From positions 49,801 to 113,800 of the forward strand of contig CAYWXR010000010.1 of the NCBI GenBank assembly GCA_964462545.1: a stretch of 64,000 nt of DNA, written 5' to 3'. Below are positions 1 to 9,147 of this stretch, piece after piece. The notes under the pieces are model-generated. The model worked only from the letters and a program-made list of their open reading frames with translations, was not told the DNA's origin and searched no databases. Every line of letters starts with the position of its first letter. Position 1 is the first letter of the stretch. The DNA comes from an uncultured Thermomicrobiales bacterium. GTDB taxonomy: Bacteria > Chloroflexota > Chloroflexia > Thermomicrobiales > CFX8. A program made the position numbers and the translations under genes.

Positions 1-67
1 CAACCAACGCCTCGACAATGGCCGTCCCCGACCGCTTTGCTGTGGCGGTCACATTCGAAATTGCCAT
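1..67 (-). CDS. 5' end of a gene running off the left edge (MAISNVTATAKRSGTAIVEALV...); function not assignable (vaguely ThDP-enzyme-like N-terminus)
   Basis: ATG at 67..65 on minus strand preceded by purine-rich GGAAGGAACAGGGAG; frame open to window edge; only 22 codons visible. Confidence 0.3.
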   Translation of the reverse strand, partial: MAISNVTATAKRSGTAIVEALV

Positions 68-165
68 GCTCCCTGTTCCTTCCCCACCGTCGTGTCTGCA
101 TCTGTCATTTGTCCCGCTAGAATAGCAGGACAAACTCTCAACTCAATAAAGGGAGGAACAACCTG

Positions 166-1020
166 GTGAAAGTGCTGATTTCAGCCGATATGGAAGGTAC
201 CTGCGGCGTCGTCAACTGGGTACAGGTTATGCCGCCGGATGTCGTGGGGACCAGCCGGCCATCATCAACCGTCGAGTACGAGCGTGCACGTTTGCGGATG
301 ACCCACGAGGTCAACGCAGCGATTGAGGGAGCGCTGGCTGCCGGTGCTGACGAAGTCATCGTGAACGAATCACACGATGGCATGCGCAACCTCATCCCGG
401 AAGAACTGCACAAGGAAAGTAAACTGATCACCGGCTTCGACAAGCCGCTACTGATGATGCAGGGTGTCGACGAACCGGACATTGCCGCAGTCTTTTTCAC
501 CGGCTATCACGCCCGTGCCGGTACTCCTGCCGCTCCCCTCGCCCATTCGTTCACCGGTTGGGTACAGGATATTCGGGTGAACGGCACATCGCTTGGAGAA
601 TATGGCATCAACGCGTTGATCGGCGGTCACTTTGGCGTCCCGGTCGCGCTGGTCACTGGCGATGACAAGGCCGTCACCCAGACACGGGAACTTCTTGGAG
701 ATGCAGTCGTTGGCGTCGAGGTGAAGCGTGGACTCTCAACGACCGCAGCAATCCACCTGCACCCCGAGCGTGCCCGTGAACTGATCCGCGAAGGTGCAGA
801 ACAAGCAATTCGCAACCTCGGTTCGATGAAGCCGTATCAACTGCCGGAGAACGCCGTCGTTGAGGTGGAACTCGACCATCAGTCCCGCGCCGATGCAGCC
901 AGTTATCTCCCGGCCGTCGAGCGCACCGGTTGGCGAACGGTGACCTTTCACCCGGCTGATGGCCTTGAACTGGCCAGGACGTTCCGCGCAATTATCACCG
1001 CTGCCGGTACCGGAGGATAG
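166..1020 (+). CDS. D-aminopeptidase DppA-like (peptidase M55 family)
   Basis: 284-aa ORF, N-terminus MKVLISADMEGTCGVV typical of DppA/M55; GGGAGG 9 nt upstream of GTG start. Confidence 0.8.
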   Translation: MKVLISADMEGTCGVVNWVQVMPPDVVGTSRPSSTVEYERARLRMTHEVNAAIEGALAAGADEVIVNESHDGMRNLIPEELHKESKLITGFDKPLLMMQGVDEPDIAAVFFTGYHARAGTPAAPLAHSFTGWVQDIRVNGTSLGEYGINALIGGHFGVPVALVTGDDKAVTQTRELLGDAVVGVEVKRGLSTTAAIHLHPERARELIREGAEQAIRNLGSMKPYQLPENAVVEVELDHQSRADAASYLPAVERTGWRTVTFHPADGLELARTFRAIITAAGTGG

Positions 1021-1075
1021 CCACGTTTGTTGTGCCATCCGGGCGTGGGGATTACCTCGCCCGGATGGCACAGAC

Positions 1076-1747
1076 CTAACTGCTGGTGAACAGCCTCCAG
1101 ACACCCTCGGAAATAACCTCAATCTGGCCATCTACCACCTTGATGCCTGTCTCGTCGTCAATGGCGTACACCGTATGGTTCATGCGGGGCGCCTCGCGCT
1201 CGGCGTCGGCCATGGTGTTGTGCGGGAGAGCAGGATGATCCATGTGAGGGAAGATCGAAAAATCCACCACACCCAGCGTCGTATCGTCGCCAGATGGCTG
1301 TCGCCAGCCAACGAAGTATTCGCCGATTTTCGGGGTCATGATCATACTGCCGGCGCTGAGGCCAACGTACACCAGGTTTTCGAGCGAAGAGAGGACCCTG
1401 GCGACACCTGACTCGCGCATCCAGTGGCCAAGAAACAGCGGGTCCCCACCGTTCACCAGCAGCACATCTGCCGCTTCAAGTGCAGGGCGCCAGCGGCTCT
1501 CATCGAGACTCGGCAGCGCCGTAAGTTCCAGCACGCCGACCGATTTCCAGCCAAGCTCAACCATCGGCGTTTCAGTCCGCTGACCGCTCAGGAAATTCCA
1601 TGCCAGGAATGGACCGCGTGATTGAGCGTAACTTCCGGTAGTAATTGCCAGTGCGTTGCATTCCTCAATCGGTTTGCCAAGCAAATCGAGCAACGCAGCG
1701 TGCAGTGACGGGTTCCGGATTCCGGCAGACGTTAGCAGCAGGCGCAT
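1076..1747 (-). CDS. Peptidase E-like (S51 family dipeptidase)
   Basis: MRLLLTSAGIRNP... N-terminus and ~220 aa length typical of S51; start trimmed to ATG at 1747 with GAGGA 8 nt upstream (track start 1762 is TTG). Confidence 0.7.
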   Translation of the reverse strand: MRLLLTSAGIRNPSLHAALLDLLGKPIEECNALAITTGSYAQSRGPFLAWNFLSGQRTETPMVELGWKSVGVLELTALPSLDESRWRPALEAADVLLVNGGDPLFLGHWMRESGVARVLSSLENLVYVGLSAGSMIMTPKIGEYFVGWRQPSGDDTTLGVVDFSIFPHMDHPALPHNTMADAEREAPRMNHTVYAIDDETGIKVVDGQIEVISEGVWRLFTSS

Positions 1748-1881
1748 AGTCCATATCCTCAATGAGACAAGACCCGCGCCACAACACGAGGCGGCGCGAT
1801 CCGGTCACAACACATTCGAAAAGTAGATCAAACGTTCTGCTGACAGTGTAACGATGCCTTTGTCCGTCGTCAATCCCCGGA

Positions 1882-2688
1882 CTAGGGAAGGACGTAGGTC
1901 CATTCAGGGTTGGTGAACTTCTCGCGCACCAACTCCTCTGCCTCTGCCCGTTCTTCGGGTTTGACCGAGCCGATGGTTGCGCCGGTCAGTTCAATAAACG
2001 ACGAAGTAAAGGTCTCGACAATATCGGTGCGGGGGATATTCTTCTGCATTCTCAGTGGGGCCACCCGCTTTGCTGCGCTGGTCAATCCCTTGTCGCTCAG
2101 TTTCTCCTGACCGATCCGGAGAACATTCATCAAGAGGTCCACGTCCATGTCATACGCCATGGTAGTGTGATGAAGCACCGCGCCAAACCTGCGGGCCTGG
2201 GCGGCGCCGCCAATCTTGCCTTCGCTTGAGGTGATGTCGTTCAGCGGCTGATACCAGGCGTCAATGCCCATGTCGCGCAGCGCCCTGACAATCCATCCAT
2301 CCATGAATGCATAGGATTCGGCAAACGAGAGATCGCGCACGAACTCCGGTGGGACGTAGAGCGAATAGGTAATCGCACCTTCAGGCTGCACCAGCATGGC
2401 CCCGCCGCCGCTTATCCGCCGAACGATACTCACGTCGTACGTTGCAGCGTTCTCAATCTGAACTTCGTTCTTGACCGACTGAAACCGACCGAGAATGACT
2501 GCCTGGCTCGCCCATGCCCAGAATCGCAGGGTTGGGCCCCGCTCTCCACGGCCGACAGCCTTGGTCATCACCTCATCGAGGGCAACGTTCATTGCCGGCG
2601 TCTCGGGAATTTCCGGAATGAGTTCCCACTCGAGGTCGCGCCAGCGTTGATCCACTTCCGGTGGATAGAGCGCTTTTGCAGGTCTCAT
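1882..2688 (-). CDS. lplA: Lipoate-protein ligase A, catalytic (N-terminal) domain only
   Basis: 268 aa; BPL/LplA/LipB catalytic-domain sequence (LRFWAWASQAVILGRFQS, RRISGGGAM, GKIGGAAQ); lacks the C-terminal accessory domain. Confidence 0.85.
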   Translation of the reverse strand: MRPAKALYPPEVDQRWRDLEWELIPEIPETPAMNVALDEVMTKAVGRGERGPTLRFWAWASQAVILGRFQSVKNEVQIENAATYDVSIVRRISGGGAMLVQPEGAITYSLYVPPEFVRDLSFAESYAFMDGWIVRALRDMGIDAWYQPLNDITSSEGKIGGAAQARRFGAVLHHTTMAYDMDVDLLMNVLRIGQEKLSDKGLTSAAKRVAPLRMQKNIPRTDIVETFTSSFIELTGATIGSVKPEERAEAEELVREKFTNPEWTYVLP

Positions 2689-2975
2689 TGCAACCCCCTC
2701 TGAACCGCCGTCACCACAGCTTCCGGTGAGAATCCAAACATTTCAGTTCCGGCCGGAATGGCAGCTTCCAGTCGCTGTACCAGTTCCTGCTCACTGCTGT
2801 CTGCCGGGGCTTGTTCCAATGCCTGGCTGATCGACTCCAGCGCCTCTTCCGGGTACAGGAAGAAATCGCCGGATACGACAACATTGGCGAAGCGTCCATG
2901 TTCAAGATCAAAGTCGACTACTACCAGTTTGCCGCCTGGTGTCTTGTATTCTCCGTGCATCGCCTTCCAGTCCAA
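2685..2975 (-). CDS. lplB: Stand-alone lipoate-protein ligase C-terminal (accessory) domain, LplB-like
   Basis: 96 aa; GKLVVVDFDLEHGRFANVVVSGDFFLYPEEAL resembles the GDFF-containing LplA C-terminal domain; stop overlaps lplA start (ATGA, 2685-2688). Confidence 0.6.
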   Translation of the reverse strand: MDWKAMHGEYKTPGGKLVVVDFDLEHGRFANVVVSGDFFLYPEEALESISQALEQAPADSSEQELVQRLEAAIPAGTEMFGFSPEAVVTAVQRGLQ

Positions 2976-3102
2976 TCACGACAACAGGTCGTATCCCAAT
3001 TCTGCCATGCTACCTGTTTCCGCCTCCCTTCTCAGACAGTTCGAGCCGCGCTATGATGCCCAAAATTCGAGGCGTAACTGATCTCACTTGAGGAGGGTCT
3101 AC

Positions 3103-5433
3103 ATGTCGATCACGCTGGATTCCGCAGCCTGGGAAGCAGCGATTCCGGATATGTCATCCCCTGTCACCATAGACGGGATCGATAGCACCATCCGGATTTG
3201 GCGCGACCAGTACGGCATTCCCCATGTCAAGGCATCCAGCCGGCATGACGCCTTTTTCGGGCAGGGGTTCGTCCATGCCCAGGACCGGCTTTGGCAGATG
3301 GAGTGGGACCGTCGTCGAGCCTATGGCCGCACCGCCGAACTCGTTGGCAAGGCGGGGTTGGTCAATGACCGCTTCGCTCGAAGGATGGTCCTCGGCGATA
3401 GTGCCCGGGCAGATTTCGAGAATTTCAATGCCGATACCCGCGGCATCCTTGAGAGCTACGCGGCCGGGGTCAATGCCTTCATCAACAGCGGTGCCCCGCT
3501 GCCGGTCGAATTCGGAATTGCCGGCATCACACCGGAACCCTGGCAACCGTGGGATGGTTGCGCCATTTACAAGATTCGCCACGTCCTGATGGCAACCGGC
3601 ATGGGCAAACTCTGGAAAGCCCGGATTTACCGGGCATTGGGGCCGGAAATGGCTACCATGCTCCGCTCCGAGGGCCAGGGTGACGAGGTTCTGGTTGTTC
3701 CGCCCGGTGCTGAGCATGTAGGCGGACTGAAGGACCTCTCCGAACTCGACGCCGGCATCGAAGCGCTGGCTCACCTGTTTGACATGGACGGCGGCAGCAA
3801 CAACTGGGCAATCGACGGCACTCGCACGGCATCCGGCAAGCCACTCATGGCCGGCGACCCGCACCGCGCACTCGATGTTCCCAGCGTCTACTACCAGAAC
3901 CACGTTGCCTGCCCGGAGTTTGATGTCGTGGGCATGTCCTTTACCGGGGTCCCCGGGTTCCCCCACTTCGGCCACAACGAACACGTTGCCTGGTGTATCA
4001 CCCACGCTACTGCTGACTACCAGGATGTCTACGTCGAGAAATTCGACCGGAACGACCCCACCCGCTACGAGTACAAGGGCGAACTGCACCAGGCCGAGCA
4101 CCGCGTCGAGTCAATCCAGGTCAAGGACGGCGACCCGGAAGATGTCACCATCACAATCACCCGTAACGGGCCGGTCATCATCGGTGAGCCCTCCAATGGT
4201 TACGCCATTTCGCTGCGTTACAGCGCGACTGACAAGCCAAACGAGTGCTTCCACGCCCTCCTGCCGATGCTCAGCACCAAAACGGTCGACGAGTTCGAGG
4301 AGACGATGCGTTGCTGGGTCGACCCGGCAAACAACCTGATCACGATTGATACTGCCGGATCAATCTCCTACCTGACCCGTGGGCGTATCCCGGTTCGCGA
4401 TATTTCCAACGCCTGGCTCCCGGTGCCGGGCTGGACCGGCGACCATGACTGGAAAGGCGACATCCCGTTCGAGGAACTGCCCCGCTCCCGCAACCCGGAG
4501 ACCGGGTATGTGGCAACTGCCAACAACCGGATTGTTGGCAAGGATTACCCGCACTACATCGCGCTGGATTTCGCGCCTCCCGGACGTGCGCGACGGATCG
4601 TAAACCGTCTGAAGGAAATCCGAAACGCCACGGTCGAGGACATGGAGGCAATTCACGCCGACCGTGTCTCGATTATCTCCCGCTTCTTCGTCGATCTGTT
4701 TGCCGCCGTCGACACCGATGACCCGGCAGAGCGCGAAGCCATCGAAATGCTGAAGGCATGGGACGGCAGCATGGACATGGATTCGGTCGAAGCGTCAATC
4801 TATACAGCCATCCGCGATGCCATTGTCCGGATCGTTATCGACCAGCCACCGATGGCGCCGCTCAAGACTACCCCGTTCGAAGGAGAACCGGTCGGCATTA
4901 CGCTTGGTGTCCTGCTCTGGTGGCAGATTCCCGGCGTGATCCGTGAGAACGACACGACGATGCTCGGTGAGGGCGTGACCTGGGACGATGTTGTCCGCCA
5001 GGCAATTACCCAGGGGCTCGCCCGTCTGACCGAACTTGCCGGCCCGGACAAGTCCAACTGGATCTGGGGCTCAATTCACCGAACCGCGCCGCTTCATCCG
5101 CTTGCCGGCGCGTATCCTGAACTCCGGGACAAACTCAACCCACCCTCGACCGGCATCGGCGGGGATGGAGATACCCCGCAGGCAGCATCGATCCTTCCGG
5201 CTGCCCATTTCAACGTGGCCGCAACGTCGGTCGCTCGCTACGTGTTTGATGCTTCAGACTGGAACAACTGCCGCTGGATCGTCCCGGTGGGAGCATCCGG
5301 TCACCCGGGCAGCCCGCACTGGGCCGACCAGGTTGAGCACTGGGCAAATGTACGAACTATCCCGATGCTCTATGACTGGGATGAAATCGCAGCGAGCGCC
5401 GAAACCTCACAGGAACTGCTGCCCAAGGAATAA
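3103..5433 (+). CDS. Penicillin acylase / acyl-homoserine-lactone acylase family (Ntn hydrolase, S45)
   Basis: 776 aa; Ntn nucleophile context DMDGG-SNNWAIDG; start trimmed to ATG 3103 with GAGGAGG 6 nt upstream; no obvious signal peptide. Confidence 0.85.
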   Translation: MSITLDSAAWEAAIPDMSSPVTIDGIDSTIRIWRDQYGIPHVKASSRHDAFFGQGFVHAQDRLWQMEWDRRRAYGRTAELVGKAGLVNDRFARRMVLGDSARADFENFNADTRGILESYAAGVNAFINSGAPLPVEFGIAGITPEPWQPWDGCAIYKIRHVLMATGMGKLWKARIYRALGPEMATMLRSEGQGDEVLVVPPGAEHVGGLKDLSELDAGIEALAHLFDMDGGSNNWAIDGTRTASGKPLMAGDPHRALDVPSVYYQNHVACPEFDVVGMSFTGVPGFPHFGHNEHVAWCITHATADYQDVYVEKFDRNDPTRYEYKGELHQAEHRVESIQVKDGDPEDVTITITRNGPVIIGEPSNGYAISLRYSATDKPNECFHALLPMLSTKTVDEFEETMRCWVDPANNLITIDTAGSISYLTRGRIPVRDISNAWLPVPGWTGDHDWKGDIPFEELPRSRNPETGYVATANNRIVGKDYPHYIALDFAPPGRARRIVNRLKEIRNATVEDMEAIHADRVSIISRFFVDLFAAVDTDDPAEREAIEMLKAWDGSMDMDSVEASIYTAIRDAIVRIVIDQPPMAPLKTTPFEGEPVGITLGVLLWWQIPGVIRENDTTMLGEGVTWDDVVRQAITQGLARLTELAGPDKSNWIWGSIHRTAPLHPLAGAYPELRDKLNPPSTGIGGDGDTPQAASILPAAHFNVAATSVARYVFDASDWNNCRWIVPVGASGHPGSPHWADQVEHWANVRTIPMLYDWDEIAASAETSQELLPKE

Positions 5434-5461
5434 CCAGCGCCAGGAGCAGCACCGTATCCGA

Positions 5462-5498
5462 AGACGAAAACAGGGTCCGTTCATTAGAACGGACCCTG
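5462..5498 (-). terminator. Intrinsic terminator after trpS (hairpin also usable for the convergent acylase gene)
   Basis: 12-bp stem CAGGGTCCGTTC-ATTA-GAACGGACCCTG at 5471-5498 followed on minus strand by TTTTCGTCTTC. Confidence 0.65.
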
Positions 5499-5519
5499 TA
5501 TCTGACTGTCTGGAATGAC

Positions 5520-6566
5520 CTACAGACTGATGCCAACAGCCTCGCGCACCTGGGCCATCTTCGGAATGGTCACCTCACGGGCACGCTCGGTGCCACGGTG
5601 AAGGATGCGCTCCAGCTCGGCCGGGTCAGCGATCAGTTCATTCATCCGGCGCTGGATTGGTTCGAGATGATCGGCAAGGGCATCTCCGAGTTCGCGCTTG
5701 AACTGGCCGTAACCGGCGCCTTCAAAACGTGCTTCCAGTTCCGGAATCGGCGTATCGGTAATCAGGGAGAAGATCGTCAGCAGGTTGGTCAGCGCCGGCT
5801 TGTCTTCCCGGGCAACAATCTCGCTGCCAGAGTCGGTGACCGCCCGGTTGATCTTGCGCCGGATCACGTCCGGGCTATCGGACAGGGCGATGTAGTTCGC
5901 AGGGGTCGATGCGCTCTTGCTCATCTTCTTGGTCGGGTCGTCCAGCCCCATGATCCGGGCACCATCGGTCTTGATGTCCGCTTCCGGAATCTTGAAGGTC
6001 TCTCCGAAGGTGGCATTGAAGCGCACCGCAACATCCCTGGTCAGTTCAATGTGCTGGCGCTGGTCCTCACCCACCGGGACAAGGTCAGCGTCATAGATCA
6101 GAATGTCTGCCGCCTGGAGCACCGGATAGAAGAACAGTGCAGAACTCACCTTCTCCTCGGCCTGGTTCGCACGCTTTTCCTTGAACTGGATCATGCGCCC
6201 CAGTTCGCCGTACATCGTCTGCGAGCAGAGTACCCACATCAGTTCGGTATGCTCAGGCACCTGCGACTGGACGAAGACAACCGAAACTTCCGGATCAAGA
6301 CCGCAGGAAATCAACCCTGCAGCAAGCTCAAGCGTCCGCCGGCGCAGGACAGCTGGATCGTAGGGCAGGCTCATGGCGTGCAGGTTCACAATTGGGTGGA
6401 AGCTCTGGAAATCGTGCTGCTGTCGCACCCAGTTGCGAATGGCGCCAAGATAATTCCCAAGCGTGAGATCACCACTTGGCTGGATTCCTGAGAGAATACG
6501 CTTCTTCTCACCGGTACCTGACACCGGCTGTGCTTGCGTCTGCGGCTCTGCAACTGTTGCCACCAC
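5520..6566 (-). CDS. trpS: Tryptophan--tRNA ligase
   Basis: Class I signatures (SGIQPSGDLTLGNYLG = HIGH-type region, KMSKS present); start moved to GTG 6566 (GGAGG 6 nt upstream) because the track's upstream 70 codons run through the T-box terminator. Confidence 0.9.
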   Translation of the reverse strand: MVATVAEPQTQAQPVSGTGEKKRILSGIQPSGDLTLGNYLGAIRNWVRQQHDFQSFHPIVNLHAMSLPYDPAVLRRRTLELAAGLISCGLDPEVSVVFVQSQVPEHTELMWVLCSQTMYGELGRMIQFKEKRANQAEEKVSSALFFYPVLQAADILIYDADLVPVGEDQRQHIELTRDVAVRFNATFGETFKIPEADIKTDGARIMGLDDPTKKMSKSASTPANYIALSDSPDVIRRKINRAVTDSGSEIVAREDKPALTNLLTIFSLITDTPIPELEARFEGAGYGQFKRELGDALADHLEPIQRRMNELIADPAELERILHRGTERAREVTIPKMAQVREAVGISL

Positions 6567-6599
6567 TGGTAGCCTCCAATGAACTAAACCGATGAACCA

Positions 6600-6912
6600 A
6601 CAACAAAAAAACCTCCTGTCCCGCACAGGGACGGAGGCTCTACAAACGCTTCCGCGGTACCACCCTTGTTGACCGTCAACGACGGCCCACTCATGGATCA
6701 CCCCAACACCTGTCCCGGTGTTCGGGTTCCGGCTCCGGGATAACGGTGGAGCAGTCCGGCGCGGCCTACGGGGCAACCTACCCGTTCGGGGCGCGACTCA
6801 CGGATCCATTCCCTGCCTGCTGGTTACCGGCTTTTCAGCATTCTGCCGGCTCTCTGCAACCTGGCCATGGTCAGGTACTTGTTCCGATCACGGTCGATGC
6901 CATGCTCGATTA
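6600..6912 (-). promoter_or_regulatory. T-box riboswitch leader, Trp-specific (UGG specifier)
   Basis: Minus strand: AGAGAG stem I element, specifier-loop context GGGAA-UGG-A (UGG at 6808..6806), canonical T-box AAGGGTGGTACCGCGG (6667..6652), then terminator CCTCCGTCCCT-GTGC-GGGACAGGAGG + T7 (6637..6604). Confidence 0.8.
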
Positions 6913-6918
6913 GCCATG

Positions 6919-6948
6919 ATCCTATCGACCGTCCGGCCCTTCTGTCAA
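6919..6948 (-). promoter_or_regulatory. Putative sigma-70-type promoter for T-box/trpS
   Basis: TTGACA (6948..6943) - 18 nt - TAGGAT (6924..6919) on minus strand. Confidence 0.45.
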
Positions 6949-7024
6949 GCCACCCCGAGGCATGCTCACCCGCGTTTCGTTACCATTCCTGCAACGAACT
7001 GAATATGGAGCGCTAGGAGCACAA

Positions 7025-8665
7025 ATGAGCGTCGAATCCTGCGATCTGCTGATCGTCGGGGGCCGGGTGGTAGATGGAACCGGTAACCCGTGGATCTATG
7101 CCGATGTTGCAATCACCGGAGACAGGATTGCCGGGGTCTTCCCTCCGGGAAGTGTCGACCGGTCGAGGGCCAGCGAAGTGGTTGATGCTGCCGGGCATGT
7201 TGTCTGCCCAGGCTTCATTGACATCCAGAGCCACTCGATCATTCCGCTGATGATCGATGGCCGTTGCCTTTCCAAGATCACCCAGGGAGTGACCACCGAG
7301 GTCATGGGTGAAGCATGGACCCCTGCGCCATTCGGTGGCCGGATTCCCGAACCGATGCGCAGCAGCCTGATCGGCGATTCCTACCCCGAGTGGGGCGAAC
7401 GCGCGAAGCAGTGGACCCGTTTCCGCGACTGGCTCGAGGCGATGATCGACCACGGAGTCTCGCCGAACATCGGATCGTTCCTCGGTGGTGGCACGCTGCG
7501 ACGCTACGCGAAGAACATGGACATGGGGCCGGCTAACGCAGAAGAACTGGCCACCATGAAGCGGGTAATGCAGGAGTCAATGGAAGACGGCGCGTTCGGC
7601 GTCTCCTTCGCCCTGATCTACCCGCCGGACGCCTATATGGACATCGATGAGATCGTCGAGGTCTGCAAGGTTGTGGCGGAAAACAATGGCGTCTATATCA
7701 CGCACGTTCGCTCCGAGGCAAACCAGTTGATCGAAGGTATCGCCGAGGCGATCGAGATCGGCCGCCGTTCAGGAGTTGCCGTCGAGATCTACCACCTCAA
7801 GGCTGCCGGCATCGCCAACTGGTCGAAGATGCCCCGAGTGATCGAGATGATCAACGAGGCACGGGCTGAAGGCATCGACGTGACGGTCGACATGTACCCC
7901 TATGTCGCCAGTGGCACCGGCCTGACATCCTGTCTGCCACCGTGGGCCGACGAAGGCGGCAAACTCTACGACAACCTGGCTGATCCCGAGATGCGCGCGA
8001 AGATCCGTGCAGAAGTGCTGAACCCGAGCGGTGACTGGGAAGCAATGGCCCATGAAGCCGGCCCGGAAGGTGTGCTGCCGGTTGGCTTCGAGCAGGAAGA
8101 AAACAAGAAGTACATCGGCATGCGCCTCCACGAGATCGCCGAGGCTCGAGGCGAAGAGTGGGTTGATACGATCATGAACCTGCTGCTTTCCGAGCGGCAG
8201 CGCATCTTCACCATGTACTTCGGGATGAGCGAGGAGAATACCGCACTCCAGCTCCAGCAGCCGTGGATCAAGGTCAGCACCGATGCCGGCGGCATCGACC
8301 CGGAGTGGGCTGCGAAACGGGGACCAACACACCCACGCGCCTATGGAACCTATCCTCGCGTGCTGGGCAAGTATGTCCGTGACGAAGGTGTTCTGACGCT
8401 TGAGGATGCCATTCGCAAAATGACCTCATCGGTGGCAGACCGGCTGGGCTTGCGAGACCGGGGCCTGCTGCGTACCGGTTGCCTGGCTGACGTGGTCATC
8501 TTTGACCCGGAAACCATTGCCGACCGCTCGACCTTCGAGGAACCGCATCAGTTGTCGGTTGGTGTGCGCGATGTCTGGGTAAACGGTACCCGCGTGCTGA
8601 ACAACGGTGAACACACCGGGGCAAAGCCAGGTCGAATTGTGGACGGACCGGGCCGCGTCTCCTAG
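7025..8665 (+). CDS. Amidohydrolase, N-acyl-D-amino-acid deacylase (D-aminoacylase)-like
   Basis: 546 aa; CDLLIVGGRVVDGTGNPW...AITGDRIAGV...PGFIDIQSHS N-terminal pattern of D-aminoacylase-type amidohydrolases; start trimmed to ATG 7025 (AGGAGC RBS). Confidence 0.7.
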   Translation: MSVESCDLLIVGGRVVDGTGNPWIYADVAITGDRIAGVFPPGSVDRSRASEVVDAAGHVVCPGFIDIQSHSIIPLMIDGRCLSKITQGVTTEVMGEAWTPAPFGGRIPEPMRSSLIGDSYPEWGERAKQWTRFRDWLEAMIDHGVSPNIGSFLGGGTLRRYAKNMDMGPANAEELATMKRVMQESMEDGAFGVSFALIYPPDAYMDIDEIVEVCKVVAENNGVYITHVRSEANQLIEGIAEAIEIGRRSGVAVEIYHLKAAGIANWSKMPRVIEMINEARAEGIDVTVDMYPYVASGTGLTSCLPPWADEGGKLYDNLADPEMRAKIRAEVLNPSGDWEAMAHEAGPEGVLPVGFEQEENKKYIGMRLHEIAEARGEEWVDTIMNLLLSERQRIFTMYFGMSEENTALQLQQPWIKVSTDAGGIDPEWAAKRGPTHPRAYGTYPRVLGKYVRDEGVLTLEDAIRKMTSSVADRLGLRDRGLLRTGCLADVVIFDPETIADRSTFEEPHQLSVGVRDVWVNGTRVLNNGEHTGAKPGRIVDGPGRVS

Positions 8666-8680
8666 GTGAACCTGCCGGGG

Positions 8681-9142
8681 CTACCTGTTCATGCCTGCCT
8701 GGCGTTGCAGGTAGTTCCGGCCATAACTCTGGTCGAACACCACGTAGGTCAACTGGTCCCCGGCGCTACCCCGCTCCCAGCCGACAACATGGAAATGGTT
8801 TATCCCCTCAACAATGGCGATGTTTGCAGCATACCGGGCATCGAGTTCTGCCCCCAGGGTTCTGAACATCGCTTCGTAGGAGGACGGGGAGGGTGGAACC
8901 GGGTTCCGCACCATACCGGCCTGAAAATCTTCCGGAACTACCTCGGTCATCAGCATTGCTGACGTCTGCTGGTCGTTTCCCCGGACAATGTAATTTCCAA
9001 ACACCTCGACGATCGACACCGAACGGCAGCCTGACGAGTCCAGTTGTCGGCCAATACAACCAAGCCGGCCAACATAGGTGTTGGGGACGGCTTCCAGCAG
9101 AAACGGAGCGGTATCTCGTTTCGGTCGTTGAAATATTGGCAC
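8681..9142 (-). CDS. Hypothetical protein, two copies of a ~55-aa Y-x3-(L/F)(R/G)-x-(I/L)G-x2-LD module
   Basis: 153-aa ORF; internal repeat TYVGRLGCIGRQLD... / SYEAMFRTLGAELD...; paralogous to the next gene. Confidence 0.55.
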   Translation of the reverse strand: MPIFQRPKRDTAPFLLEAVPNTYVGRLGCIGRQLDSSGCRSVSIVEVFGNYIVRGNDQQTSAMLMTEVVPEDFQAGMVRNPVPPSPSSYEAMFRTLGAELDARYAANIAIVEGINHFHVVGWERGSAGDQLTYVVFDQSYGRNYLQRQAGMNR

Positions 9143-9147
9143 CTGGA

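Noticed and set aside
118-123. Shared GCTAGAATAG -10-like boxes at 118-123 and 22306-22311 as a conserved regulatory motif
   Set aside because: There are only two occurrences and neither has a convincing -35 at 17-18 nt. They are plausibly ordinary -10 elements (the second with a TG extension) but are not supportable as a distinct motif.
5520-6776. 418-aa TrpRS starting with TTG at 6776 as in the ORF track
   Set aside because: The first 70 codons translate the T-box motif and its terminator. GTG 6566 behind GGAGG gives a normal-length TrpRS.
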